From Takakia lepidozioides (lineage: Eukaryota; Plantae; Bryophyta): a stretch of DNA of 64,000 nt. Positions within the stretch are counted from its first letter, which is position 1. Every line of letters starts with the position of its first letter. This document shows positions 13,135 through 26,066 of the stretch, piece by piece. The stretch covers positions 69,055-133,054 of the forward strand of contig JAKLZA010000010.1 of the NCBI GenBank assembly GCA_030704615.1, in the 5' to 3' direction. Below the pieces are notes generated by a model that was not told the origin of the DNA, did no database searches, and saw only the letters and a program-made list of their open reading frames with translations. The translations under genes and the position numbers were made by a program.

Positions 13135-13875
13135 TGGAATGCGGCACGCCCATGTCCGCATGAAATCGGACGCACCCACCGCATTTCCATGTCGGCACGA
13201 AATGCGGCACCGCAGTTCCATGTGGGACAAGAAAATGCGGTGCACTCAGTTCCGTCCAGGTACACGAATACCAACACGGGTCTATAAATTGATCAGAAAC
13301 GAGGTTTGCATTGGAATGCGGCGACGCATTTCCAGCTTGGCAATGGAAACTTCTTTTTGGACAAGGAATGCGGTGCCGCATTTGCGTACAACACTTCGAA
13401 AAGTGGACATTTCCGACCAGCGCGATGGAATGCGTTACCGCATTTCCGAGAGAGGGTCTGCAAATGGACAAATTGCGATGTCCGTTCTGGAAATGCGGCG
13501 CCGCATTTCCATGCCGTCATCGACTTTTTTTTAACAATGGAATGCGGTGCCATTTTTGCTGATGGGCCTGCAGTTCGAACAACGACCATCCCAATACTGA
13601 AATGCGGCACCGCATTTTCAATCCGCCCTGTCCGACCTCCTTGTTCGACCTCTGTAAGCGTGGTGGCATCCATGCAATGAGCGGGAGAGGCCAAACTGGC
13701 GTGTGGACAAAGGAAATTTTGGAAATGCGGCACCGCATTTCAATTCAGATTACTTTTTACTATGCCAACATTGAAATGGAAAATTTAGTCCCCCCATGTT
13801 TTGGAAATGCGGTGCCGCATTTCCAAAAGAGGTTCTTAGAGTTGCCAAAATTTTGGAAATGCGGTGCCCCATTTC
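13135..13875. repeat. Second cluster of A-type palindromes downstream of the ParB-MTase gene
   Basis: About a dozen GGAA(A)TGCGGNNCCGCATTT variants. Confidence 0.85.
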
Positions 13876-14012
13876 TGATTTTGGGAGCGTCGTGGTTTGG
13901 GCGATTGTGTGGCTGGAATGCACACTGGAGAGGGGTCACGAATGTCGGGCAGAATTTCCTTTATATACTCTGGAAGAGAATTTACATTTACAGAGACTTC
14001 ATTAAAAGTCTA

Positions 14013-17000
14013 TTAATCTTGAAAATCATCCGAATCCTCATCCTTTTCTAGACTGTCCTGCTCCTCCTCCACCCCCTCAGTGCCTCTCTCATCTCCAGCG
14101 GACTGCTCGTTGGCCAGGCTTTCGAAAATCCCATCTTCCCCTTGCGGAACTGTCCATCTCACCTCCGTTGGGTCGTCCTTCCTCCCTGTCTGCGTCGCTC
14201 TCATCCGCTGAATCACATATGTACTTTCGTACCCGTCTACCTGTCTGAGCTGCTGCCAACTCTTTCCTTATCCTTCTGTCTCCTCCCTAGCCCTCTCCAA
14301 AATCTGCTCTACTTTACTGGGATTCTCACTTCTTCTAATCGCTGTATTTGCGAGTTTAGCTGCATAACTAGGAAGGGAGTAGTCCCTCACCGGGCTCGTC
14401 ATGAAGTCGGCCCTCGCAAAGAACGGGACATTCTTCCTGGCAGGAAGTGTAGGCCCTACATGTTTCGACCCGGACCCTGCAATCCTGCACATGACAATCA
14501 TCAACGAGACTAATGAGAACCACAGTCGGGAAATTCGTTTGACATAAATGACCCAGAAGGCTTTGCAAACTTACAATGTTTGCACTCACTCGTATTCCGG
14601 GTTCTCCTCCGCATCAATGTCCACTGTGTCTTCCTCGGACTCCGACGAATCCGAGGAGACTTCCGCTCTGTCGGGAGCCTTCACATTCCGTTGCAGCCCC
14701 TCCAGATGGGATCCCCACACGGATGAATCCTCCTCGTAGGCAAAGAGGTGCCGGTCGGAAAACCGCCCAGCCCACATTGAGGCACCTGTTACAATGCCAT
14801 CCACACATTACCACATGGCGCTTCAGATGTTGCGAACTACATCCTAACGAGAATTTGCAGAACAGCAGAGATCAAGATTCTGCATACCTGTCCCACAGAT
14901 GAGGTCGAGCACTGTGCCCTCCACGTCTGTGCATGTCTCCATAATTGTCTGAATGAAGGCAGGGCTCCGAGTCCGTGAGTACCGCAGGGGTTCCGTTGAA
15001 GTGAGGCTATGAGGGAGAAGTTCCTTGGGAACGTTGTTGAACAGAACGTCGTATCGAGTGGGTCGCAGTTCGGGTCAACCTTTCCTCCCTCCTTCGGAAA
15101 GCAAAGGTGGAGTTCTCCTTCACAAAGCAGTATGCATCGAACTGCTTCGTCTGCATACACAGGGGAAAACGATTAGAAACCGAATGCGGCACCGCATTTG
15201 AAAACACCCAAGCAAATGAATGGACGAGTGCCAGTGTCGTAATCACCTTCTTCCCTTCCGACCGAAGGCCAGTGTGTTGATGCACGTCCACTTCTTTTTT
15301 CAGATCGGGACGGCGCTCTGCGGGTCCACTTCGCAATTCCTGTCTGAGTGTTTTTTCCTCTGCTCGCCAGGACAACCACACAGCCTCTGTCGTCCAACAC
15401 CATGCGGGCAAGCCCGAATCCTTTCTTCCAAAAGTCCTCCGAGTACCTGTTCCAAGATGGCAAAGCTTGCAGTCCTTCCACAGGCTCTCCGTCCGGAATA
15501 TCCAAGATGATCATATCGCAAGACCACTCGGTGGCATTTCCGCCCCTCCTACAATCCTTGTCTGCACACACCCTCTCAAAGAACGAGACCATATTCTGAA
15601 ATCCTGGGGTGTCGGAAGGCTCTTCGGCAGTCGCCTTCTTCAGTGCTCTGCCCTTCAGACCCTCCATGGTCTTCATGTATGCCAACTTGGCTGCCCGTCC
15701 ATCCAAAGCCGCCAAGAAACTCTCATTTACACACTGGACTACTGTTTCGGGAGCCACTTTCGGCCTCTTCATTTCCACCGGCTCGAAAGGGTGCCCCCCG
15801 GGGGGTTGAAGAGTGCCTTCTTTGCCGAGCCAGTTCTCGTGCCTCTCGTGACAACGGTGGCCACAGGGGAGGCAGCCTGCGTTTGGGGGGGTGGGCTGGT
15901 TGCAAAGTCTCCATCGGAGTCCTCTTCCTCACCCTCTTCCTGAACAGCTGTTTCTGTTCTGCTCTTCGTTTTGGCGGGTGTCACAACAGCTGCTCCTTGC
16001 TGGCGAGTCCTCTTCTTCGACCCCTTCTGTTGGGCCTGCACAGCTGCATCCACCGTCTTTTGTGCCATCTCAGCTGCCTTTCTGGATTCTTCCAGAGCAG
16101 CAGATTCCTTTGCCGACTTTGGCCCAGCAGGGACACGTTCCTTTCTCTTTCTCTCTCTTCTGCCAAGCGTGCAGATCTTTCTCAGACTCGTCAACAATAC
16201 CGCCAGACATGTCCAGGTACCACGGGCATCCAACGAGATGCGCGGGATGCCATTGTTTCTGCATCTCGGGTGTGTAGACACAGCTTGGCCCGCCACGGTC
16301 CAAGCCATGAAGAACGGGGGCTCTTGAGCCAGGGCCCCTGTCTGAAGGAGCACGTATTTCATATACCTGCAAGGCAGTCAGCATGCGTGAGCAAAAGTTG
16401 AGACCAACCTACTGGCAGAGTGCCACACCGAAAACATAAAATGCGAATGCGGTGCCGCATTTCCGAGACAAACCTCGTAACCAGGCTTCGCATACAAGGG
16501 CAGCTGTGCTTCACCTGTAAACAATTCGCATTGCAGCTTTCCCCGCTCCCTCCTGATGTGTAAACTCCACGCTCCTTCTTGCTGTCTGTAGCTCTCTGGC
16601 GAAAAGGTTGTCCTTGTACGCACATCTGAAACGTGTCACGTAGTCTTCCAATGTCTGTGTTCCATCCCATTTGACGTACAAGCCGAACGAATTTGTGTGC
16701 ATTACGACTTGCTCCTTCGCATTCGACATACCTGCGATTCCCAAATCCATTGTCACGTAGCAGTTCAGGGAATTCATGTCAGAAAAGCAAATCTGGGGAA
16801 GTACCTTGAATTACCTGGAACCACCAAGTCATACGGTTGAGCCACACATCCACTGCAGGGTCGGAAACTTCGAGTGGAAAAGACCACATTGTCCTTATGC
16901 TCTCGGATGCATTCCAGATCGACAGCCCACCGTGTCTGCCATTTCCGATCCAATGTCAGGAGCTGGAAGAGAGTGGCTATTGCTAGGAAGGAACTTCAGT

Positions 17001-19229
17001 GCATTGAAACCTCACCTTCTCTTTCGCCTCCACACATGCCGTTGAGAGGTGATGCAGTTTCTCCAATTGCATGGTCGGCTGCATGGCCCGAGAATAGTGT
17101 TTTGCAATCTCGGGGATGAAGTCCTTTCCAAGTGCCGGATCTGCAATTGCCACCAGCTTCACAAGCTTTGACTTGTATTTGGTTCTGGACTTGACACCGG
17201 CTTCCTTCAAGTGCTCAGTCAATGACTGCAACGTTTTGACCTGCCCCTCACTTTCCATGAAGAAGCGTTTGGCATGGGCCAAATCCAGCTTGATGTTTGA
17301 CTGCCAACAAAAACATGCAGAAGCGTTACATTCGATTCATGTGGAAACATTACTGAAAATGGGGAAGGATGAGCAGAGGGAAATTGGAGGACGACTTACT
17401 TCGTATATCACCTCCACCATTCCATCCATAGTGAGACGATACCATGTCCGGTCTGTTTTTGCAACGGCTTTCTGAATGAGCTCGGGCTCCAGCATTTCCG
17501 CAAACATCTGCGGATCAGTGAGACCAGTTTTCCTCACCCTGTACAGCATATGTGCCATGTGGGTATGCACGTACGCATTCTCAGTGACCCTGCAAGGCAC
17601 ACTCTCCAGTTCAGTACACGGAAGCACGGAAGCACAAACACCAGAATGGAAACCGAAATGCGGCACCGCATTTCGAACGTGCTAGGGAGGGTATGAGTAT
17701 CTTACGAGTTGAGGTCCGCCATGGCATTCTTGAGCAGGGAGGAGTCTGCCGCCTTCACCTTGAGGATGACACACTCCACCATGTAATGCCAGCCAATGTG
17801 CTTGGCATGGTTCTGCTTGATGTACTCCCACCAGGCGAGAAGTCGGTGATTCCCGTCCCACACAAAGAACATTTTACCCGACATATGGCCGAAGTCTGGA
17901 TCACCCTTCAGCGTCGCCTCGAATTCGTTGTTGCGAGTGTGCCAGTGGGTATCCCACGTTGACAATTCATCGGCAGTGGGTCCACGGTTTCGCCCGTCCT
18001 CATTCTCAATGGAAACGTAAAACGCTGCCGATCCCAGACGGTACCCTTCTCGAAATGCGAACTTGAGCTTATCCACATCTCCGGGAAGGGCCTGCCTGAC
18101 GATGGGAAGGGAGACCATGCGACAGAGTGGGATTCGAAGAGTCCGCTGGAATACCCTGCTGCCCAGAACTCTGCCAATGCTACTGTGTGTCTCCTCCAAC
18201 ATTTTATCCGCTGCACTTTTGAAATCCTCCGGAGACATGTCTGTAGGTGCCGGTAGTGGCTGAGCAGCTGGAGCATCCTCAACTGGAGCTGCACTCTGGG
18301 GCCTGTCTGCGGGCAATTCTGCCATTGCAGAGGCCTCCTCCGGGCCTGCTTGCTCATCGGTGGTGAGGTCTTGCTGCGAACGTTGAGCGGCAGCACCCTC
18401 CTCCTCCGTACCAAATCGATCAACGGTCGATCCCATTGCCTTCGCTGCAGCAGAGTCGGCCCCAACATCTGCAGGCGGGAAATCCTCCAGGAACTGAGCT
18501 TCAGCTCGTGGAAGCGGTTTTGCGGGAGATTGTTCGCGCCGTCGCCCTGATTGCCTTCTGCTTCCTCATCCTTGCAGGTGAAGGTGTCTGCTGCAATTGA
18601 ATCTGTCTTCTACCCTGCTGCTTCATTCGCGTTGGGGGGGGTGAATCGGCCTGAGCCGGTTCAGAAGCCAGTAGAGGGACGGGCTGCTTCTTCTTCGACT
18701 TTGCTGGAGAAGGGCCCGACCCCTGCTGGCGATTCTCCATGACCGAAGAACGCGAGTCGATCTCTGGGACTTTGAACTTGCCCTTCGAAGACGCGTCTTT
18801 GAATCGCAGAGGGCTAGGCCCGGCAGGAATACCCGCGCTCGGGGATCGGTGGGTGTACGTGCTGCAGCTAGCTCCTCGGACTCTTCCTGCGGCTCTTCGG
18901 ATTCCTGCGATCCCTCCAGCACGTCCACCTTTCCTGTTAGGCATGCAAACATGTTCTGCATTCAAGTCTCCTAGCATTCAGTCTAAGAATTACAGAAGCA
19001 AAATGGGGGGTTCGGTGCTCGATCAGCTGCGCGCAGCCCGATCGCATGGAGCTCTCACTGGTGGCTGGGTTGCCTGAGTGGCCTGCTGCTCGGAGATGGC
19101 AATCTCCTCCTGTAGACGCATCTGCTTCCTCCCCTTCGGCATTGGCCTACGTCCGAAGTATAATTTTCCGAGCTTGCGACGAGGTCTCCTGTCTGGTGCA
19201 CGAACTCCCCCCCTCTCAGGTTCGAGCAT
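14013..19229 (-). CDS. Multi-exon ParB/Srx-fold + beta-class N6/N4 DNA methyltransferase-like protein (family A)
   Basis: ParB-like segment LRIPLCRMVSLPIVRQ...MFFVWDGNHRLLAW (17702-18436). MTase motif IV-like DMIILDIPDG (~15490-15520) precedes motif X/I RTRSPAFIQTIMETCTDVEGTVLDLICGTG and GASMWAGRFSDRHLFAYEED. GT-AG introns at positions shared with family B. Exon boundaries are approximate. Confidence 0.8.
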
Positions 19230-19574
19230 AAGAAGAACAGAGAGAGGGAAAAGGGGCAAAGAGTGCAGATGGAAAGGGCGCGAGAGGGGTGACTGAGGAG
19301 ACACGACAAAAGTAGATGAAACGGCGGTGATGCACCACTTGGGTTCGAAAGGTTGGACGAAAGTGTCTCCTCGTGGAGTTTTGCGTCATTACGAAATTCG
19401 AATCGTTCAGGGTACGCCTGCCGTCCGAAAAACAAACATCATTATCCAACGGTCAGGCCGCGCCGCCTCATGCCCCTTCAGTCAGATAGAGTGCCGACAT
19501 GTGCAGCAATTCCGTTGCTCCACGTGTTCACATTTCAAGGCATTTCCGTCCAGCGTCTGATGAGTTGGAGCGAA

Positions 19575-21180
19575 ATGCGAATGCGGCGCCGCATTTCCGT
19601 TAAGTACCATCACGAAGCTACACATCCGTACTTGTTGGAAGAAAATGCGGCACCGCATTTCCGTTCCACCTTCACATACCTTAGTTGTTGAACGGAAATA
19701 CGGTGCCGCATTTCCGTCCCACAGCTCCATGTATGAGATTCAAAAGGGAAATGCGGCGCCGCATTTCCGTTCCCCTGTCACATACGTTGTTGATGAACGG
19801 AAATGCCGTGCCACATTTCGTTCGGGAAAGTAGAGAGGTCTCACCTCTGGACAGAATGCGGTGTCGCATTTCCGGTCTGGAAAGTTTTGAAGGTCTCACA
19901 TGGATGGAAATGCGGCACACACATTTCCGTAGCACAGCTCCAGGCCCAATATACAAACGGAAATGCGGCGCCGCATTTCCGTTCGAGAATGTCGGAAGGT
20001 GCGACTCGAACGGAAATGCGGTGCCGCATTTCTGTACCCGTTGCGCACGATTTTCAGTCAGAATGGAAATGCGGTACCGCATTTCCGTTCTGTAGAGTAT
20101 TAACGTCTGACGCTGGCGGAAATGCCATTCCCGCATTTTCGTTCCACAGCTCCATGCCTCACATACAAAACGGAAATGCGGCGCCGCATTTCCGTTTTGG
20201 AATGTCGGATGGTGGGACTCCGACGGAAATGCGGTACCGCATTTCAATTCCGATGTTCAGGATATTTCATCAGAACGGAAATGCGGTGCCGCATTTCCTT
20301 TTGAAATCTAATACATTCCGTCTGGAATGTTGGGAGGTGCGACTCGGATGGAAATGCGCTGCCGCATTTCAGTTCCGATGGTTCACGATTTTCAGTCAGA
20401 ACGGAAATGCGGTACCGCATTTCCGTTCTGGAATGATTGGTAGGTGCGACTCGGATGGAAATACGGTGCCGCATTTCAGTTCAGATGGTTCACGATTTTC
20501 AGTCAGAACGGAAATGCGGTGCCGCATTTCCGTTCTGGATAGTATGAATGTCTCAACCGGTCGGAATTGCGCTGTATGAAGCTGTCGGAATCTTACTCGG
20601 CTCCATGCATCAGATACAAAATGGAAATGCGGCGCCGCATTTCCGTTCTGGAATGTCGAAAAGTGCGACTCGGACGGAAATGCGGTGCCGCATTTCTGTT
20701 CCCGTTGTTCATAATTCTCAATCAGAACGGAAATGCGGTACCGCATTTCCGTTCCACCTTCACATACCGTGCTTGTTGAATGAAATGCGGTACCGCATTT
20801 CCGTTCTCGAGAGTATGAATGTCTTTTAAGGACGGAAATGTGCTGCAGCAGCATTTCTATCCCTCAGCTCCATGCATCAGATACAAAATGGAAATGCGGC
20901 GCCGCATTTCCGTTCTGAAATGTCGGAAAAGTGCGACTCGGACGGAAATGCGGTGCCGCATTTCTGTTCCCGTTGTTCATAAATCTCAATCAGAACGGAA
21001 ATGCGGTACCGCATTTCCGTTCGACCTTCACATACCGTGCTTGCTGGATGGAAATGCGTTACCGCATTTCCGTTCTGGAGAGTATAAAGGTTTCCCCCGG
21101 ACGGAAACTCGGTGCCGCATTTCCGTCGCTCTGGTGCATGACCAAGATGCAATACGGAAATGCGGCGCCGTATTTCCGTC
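19575..21180. repeat. Intergenic array of ~29 A-type palindromes between the two divergent genes
   Basis: GGAAAT starts at 19959, 20012, 20065, 20118, 20172, 20225, 20277, 20350, 20403, 20457, 20510 and so on. Confidence 0.95.
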
Positions 21181-21612
21181 CACCAGCAATCGAAAGAATC
21201 ACTCGGGACGGGAAATCTGGAACCTCAATGGGTTGCATTGTTCCGAAACAACACAATTGCGGCCAGTCTTGATGAGCACAACTTGGTTGTCTGACCGTGA
21301 CCGTTTTAACCAGCAGTCCTGGCACTTGTCAGTGCGAACGTTCCTGTCTGCACCGAGAATACTGCTGGATCCACCCTCAGGAGAAACTGTCAGGAGATGT
21401 TATTTCGTCGCCGAATCGGCCATCATTGTCCTACTCACTGGCTATGGAATCAAACCTCCCACCTTCATGCATGTAGCTTGAAACAATACTTTCCACTTCA
21501 ATGTGCGACTTCCAATCGTCGATGGACTCCGCAGATCCACTTAGATGGTGCCTGTGAGCCTTGGTCTGTCGCTATACTGAACCTCGCACTTGCCAACTTC
21601 GTGCGGTCTTCG

Positions 21613-24600
21613 ATGGCTCCGAATTCCTACGCTATAGTTTGCTGTCCTCCGCAACTTGGGAGAGCCTGGATCCCAAACGAGGGAGGACTTTGCAGAGTGA
21701 CTGAAACTTACCTTTGTTCCAAATTCAAGCTCAAACCGGGCACAGTTTATTGGAAGAAGAAATGAAGGATGTTCCTGGACAGGTTGACGAGACCATTGTC
21801 GTGCTAGGTAACGACGGAGGTTGCGGAATCGAATGGCACGTTCCCCCGTCAGACACCATCCTGTACCGAGCTGTGGGAATGCCCATTCCCTTTCCGAATC
21901 AGTCGCTGCCCACACCATCCACAAAGGAGTCCGGAAACCGAGAGGCGGCCACTGCCAACAGAGAGGTATGCAACGATAATCATTCCCGACCTGGACCGTC
22001 AAGACCCTCCATAGCTTCTCGTGTGGACGTATTCGACATTTCCGACGAGGAAGATGATTGCATTGAGGTACCCATGTCCTCCACACGGTCGTTCAAATCC
22101 GGCATGGACGTCTCTGTAGGTGCTACGCATGTGCCCTCGAGCATAACTCCAACCCGGTCCATTGTGCAGCTCCTACGACAACATCACCTCGATGGTTCTC
22201 GCTCCGAGCTGGCTGCTCTCGACTATGCCAATTCCCAGTCAGAAAGGTAACTTTTCTGCCTCCCGAAGTCGATGGCAATGTCATCTTCGAGTTTCCACCT
22301 GTTTCTTCGTCAAAGAAAGCCTCCGGGATGTTAACAGACATGGATCGAAAGCATGACGGACACCCCTGGTGTGTGACGAAGACCAGTAGCACGAAAATTG
22401 CTGATGGTGTTCGTGTACGATATGTCCTCTGTGCGGGGAAGCTGAGGTGCCTCAATCCCACCTGCTTCCACTTTCTCTCCAAAGGAGGGCGGAGAAACGA
22501 GACGGATTGGACTGGCACAACGCATCATCCATTCATTGTCTCCAGCCAAGCTCCTGCGGGTTCTTTCAAGTGTGCACATTGCAAAGAACCACCGACGTGC
22601 ATGTCCATGTGCAGAGCCAAGCAATATTACGTAATCCATTTGCTCCCGGACTTGACTAGAGCTTGCATACACGTTGGGGTCCACTGCCACCCCTTGGCGA
22701 GAGGCAACATGCGTGAGGCTGTGCAGGAAGCACACGACATCATAAAAGAGGAGGTGAAATTGAGCCCCGGAGCCAGACCAAAGCAGATTCAGCTGAAGGC
22801 AGCCCACAAGATTGCTCTTGGCAAAATCATGTCTGAAGATGGTTCCGACCGAGAGCCCTTGACCGAAGACGAGATGCGTGACCTCTTGGAGTCCGTCTCG
22901 CACGTTTGTAGTCCGAATGTGCGGAATCACATCGTATCTTGCAAGCAGGAGTTCGGCAGGGGGTCGGACATGTACTCAATCCTGGAGGTGAAACGAATGA
23001 CTGGATATGACTACATCCAAGGTAGCAGGTTTCCAGGGCAAGGCAGCGAATCCGATCGTTGTTACATTTTCAAAATGTCGACGTGTGGGCCTGGGAGTGG
23101 AGTCGACTTGGTCACTCGCATGACAACTGGAAACTTGTCGAATGCTTGGGTGATGTTTGATCACATCAAGCGAATTACAAACCATCAGTGGGTGACTATG
23201 GGTGCGCATGTTTATGACTATCACTCCAAGAGGCTCATGACGATTGCAATCTGCGAGATGAAAGGGGAGGACACACAGTCCGAGATGCATCTGTGGGAGG
23301 GCATAAACGAGCAGATGGCAAGGGCGGGATTGCCAGAGCCCAATTTCAGGGGATTCATGGCAGACAACGCTCAGGCCAACTGGGCAGCGGTGCGGCGTGT
23401 GTACGTGAGGACCCCAATGTTCCAATGGAGGGGAAAGAGAGATCCTGTGGATTCCATTGGATGCAGAGTCTATCCCACTACACTACCAAATTTGTTGCTA
23501 GCTCATTCCAGGCTGAACACCGTGTCCTTTGTACGGCGTGGAAGGATGCACCCACATTTGATGACGCGGAGGTTAAGTTTGCTATCATCGAGGCTTGGTG
23601 GAACACGTCAGGTGCAGTGGAGACAACCAATCTGGGAGCATTGCACAGCTGGTTGGGGGTGGTGCATTTTCGGTATCGACAGTTCGGACAGTACATGCGG
23701 GAGGTAGGCTGCTGTCAATTTCGTTCATTTGTCTTTCTGTTACGGACATTTCGATTGGTCCCTCACCATTGTTTGTGTCCTTCTAGGAGCGGTGCTTGGA
23801 TTCCGACACGGACATGCCGAACACGAATATGGCAGAATCGGTCCACTCCTCCTGGCGAGCGTCTTCTGCCGCACATCTGGTGGACGTAGTGACGGCCACA
23901 ACGGAGGACATCGACAGAGCAATCATGCAGCAAGCCACGTACTACAAGTTCCTGAGCGGCAAACAATGGGGCTTTGGGCCGGACAGGGAGGAATTGTTGG
24001 TACGAACAGCTTCGAGGTCCAAGAATCCAGTGAAATGGGCGACAGCATTGCGAGAGAAGATCAAAGGGACGCCTCTGCACCGCAGAGGTGAACACCTAGA
24101 GGGGACGTCCGGACTCGCCCTGTCAGGCGGAGGATTGAAGAGGAACCCGGGTGCGAAGAGGATTCCTGGAGATCCGACAGGAACATTCGGACAGCACCTC
24201 GAGGTCCCGTCATGTTGCCGCACAATGTGTCTTCCAGCAGTGGAAGCCCAAGAAATTCCAGATCGCCGTCGCCTTCAACCGGGGATTTCGTGCAACAAAT
24301 TCCCACCGCTCCCTTGCCCCACATTCCGCCCGCTGTTATGCAGTATGGCCAAGCCATTGTGGAGACGACTGTGTCTGCCTCACAGTGGAGAATTGCTCGC
24401 ACAAAGCCGTCGTTTCGAGGAAGGTGTTCCGCAATTCGTGTGGATACACGGCAACGTTGTTTAGAGATGATAAGGAGGAATCCAGATGGGGCTGTCCCTG
24501 CTCCTACTTTTACAGGAAGATTTGTCCATGCAAAGTTTGCGGAGGCGACAACCACCCAGTTCTGGTTCTGCAGGCACGACATTATGACTTGCGTGTATGG

Positions 24601-25215
24601 AAAGCCCAAGTACGGCATACAAACAATGCCAGAGGCTCCCCCGGTGTGGCCGGTGGAACCAGGCTGCGATCTGAGTCAGGTTGAGGCCGACGCCCTTACC
24701 GCCGCAGGATTTCGGATGGTGCAGCGCACTGACGTCCCCAGAGAACCATTTCCGCTTCCACAGCCTCCACCACCGACCCCTGTGAGAGCAAGAACAATGG
24801 GACACGACAGCTCTAAGCATCCTACACACCGTTGGGGGAAACCGAAGAGGCGGCGACCTCCCTCAAAAGTGAACGAGACAAGGATGGGGAATGCACTTCG
24901 GATGAACTGTACAATCCAGAGCTCGACAGAAGTGCCCCCACCAGGATTCGGGCGTGTGTATCAATGGCCACGGCGGACTCAGCTGTTCGCAATGAGGTGT
25001 ACACCATCACCATTTCAGAATTACCCACCTGCAATTGCACCGACTTCCAGATCATGGCGAACAAGGGGGCATCATACTGCCCTTGCAAGCATTTGTACTA
25101 CGTGTACCTAAAGAGACTCCGTTGTAATTCCACAACTCATCACTTCATACATGCACCAGGGTTGAGCCCCCAGGAGGTTCACACTCTTCTGAATATGGAT
25201 CCAGGGGACCAGTGA
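21613..25215 (+). CDS. MULE transposase: GCM-like Zn domain, DDE (VMFD, FMAD, CGFH, NMAE), SWIM
   Basis: DGHPW...CAGKLRCLNPTC...CAHC...C...HVGVHCHP resembles the GCM/WRKY fold. The CxxH motif (CGFHW) is typical of Mutator. Intron 23704-23786 joins QYMRE to ERCLDSDTDMPNTNMAES. SWIM CNCTDF...CPCKHL. Several single-base frameshifts. Confidence 0.9.
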
Positions 25216-25959
25216 GCTTGGCTTGCGGTCCACATACAATGGTACGCCCATCCTTTTCGGATAGTAGAACTGTACTGCTGCTAGTACCTCAGACTCTGGC
25301 CACAGAAAGGTCCGACATATGTCTTGCCTACCAGTAACCTGTTTTGCTCGAACTAAGATATTACTATATCGTTCACTTGTTTCCACGTGCATGTATTTTT
25401 GTATGTTGGAGGGTTCATGTTTTTCTGCTTTCCGAAAACTTGCTTTCCTCATTCGACCTCCGACAAGGAAATGCGGCGCCGAATTTCCAAGTATCGTCGT
25501 AGGTACCCCCAGAGGCGGCCTTCGCCAACACCAAACCGCTCCGAAATTTCGCACGTGCGAACCCTAATGCGGCACCCTATTTCCCAGTTCAGTTGCAAAC
25601 CTTTCCCGCCGAATACCCGAAGAAGACAGAATTGTGAAGTACTGCAGACTGTATTGGTGCAGACTCCATTGGTTCAATCGCGGCAAAAGGGTCAGCTTCA
25701 TTCCAATGTTAAGGCATGTAAAACCGCGGAATACTCTATACAGGCCAGTATGCGACGTCCTTTTGCAGTGGTATACTGGATTTCCCGTTGCACGGTCACT
25801 TATTTCCATGAGCGGATCTAAAAAACCATGAGCGGACTTGTTACTGACGACATATCTTCGCCGCATTACATGATCTGGAACGTCCAAAAACGGCAAGGTC
25901 AAATAAAAAACTATTATTTTAATACTTGTTTAATCTGCCGCATTTCCAAATTTGGAGGA

Positions 25960-26066
25960 GTCCGCTCATGAAATCCGCGTATCTTAGACTTCGGCTCACC
26001 GCTCATGCGGCTCATGCGGCTCATGGCTCATGGCTCATGGTTTCTGCTCATGAAATAGTAAACCTC
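25960..26066. repeat. TIR (transposase-side end) of copy A2
   Basis: GCTCATG iterations ending GCTCATGAAATAGTAAACCTC. Confidence 0.9.

Larger units (their letters stand above)
10715..26066 (+). mobile_element. Complete family A giant MULE-like DNA transposon (copy A2, ~15.35 kb)
   Basis: Left end GGGGCTGCTATTTCATGAGC, right end GCTCATGAAATAGTAAACCTC. Contains two small cargo genes, the ParB-MTase gene (-), a palindrome array and the transposase (+). No matching TSD. Confidence 0.92.

Noticed and set aside
14013-19229. Bacterial/phage contamination or a restriction-modification operon
   Set aside because: The gene has spliceosomal introns shared among families and lies within TIR-bounded MULEs.
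19575-21180. CRISPR-like look (palindromic ~24-bp repeats with ~30-bp spacers)
   Set aside because: Spacers are recurring related types, repeats are fully palindromic with no polarity, there are no cas genes, and the context is a eukaryotic intron-containing transposon.
2654-26066. One giant foldback element with 7-kb inverted arms
   Set aside because: Both ends are the same (transposase-side) TIR, the flanks share no TSD, a separate left TIR lies at 10715 and a gap intervenes; two independent copies explain it.
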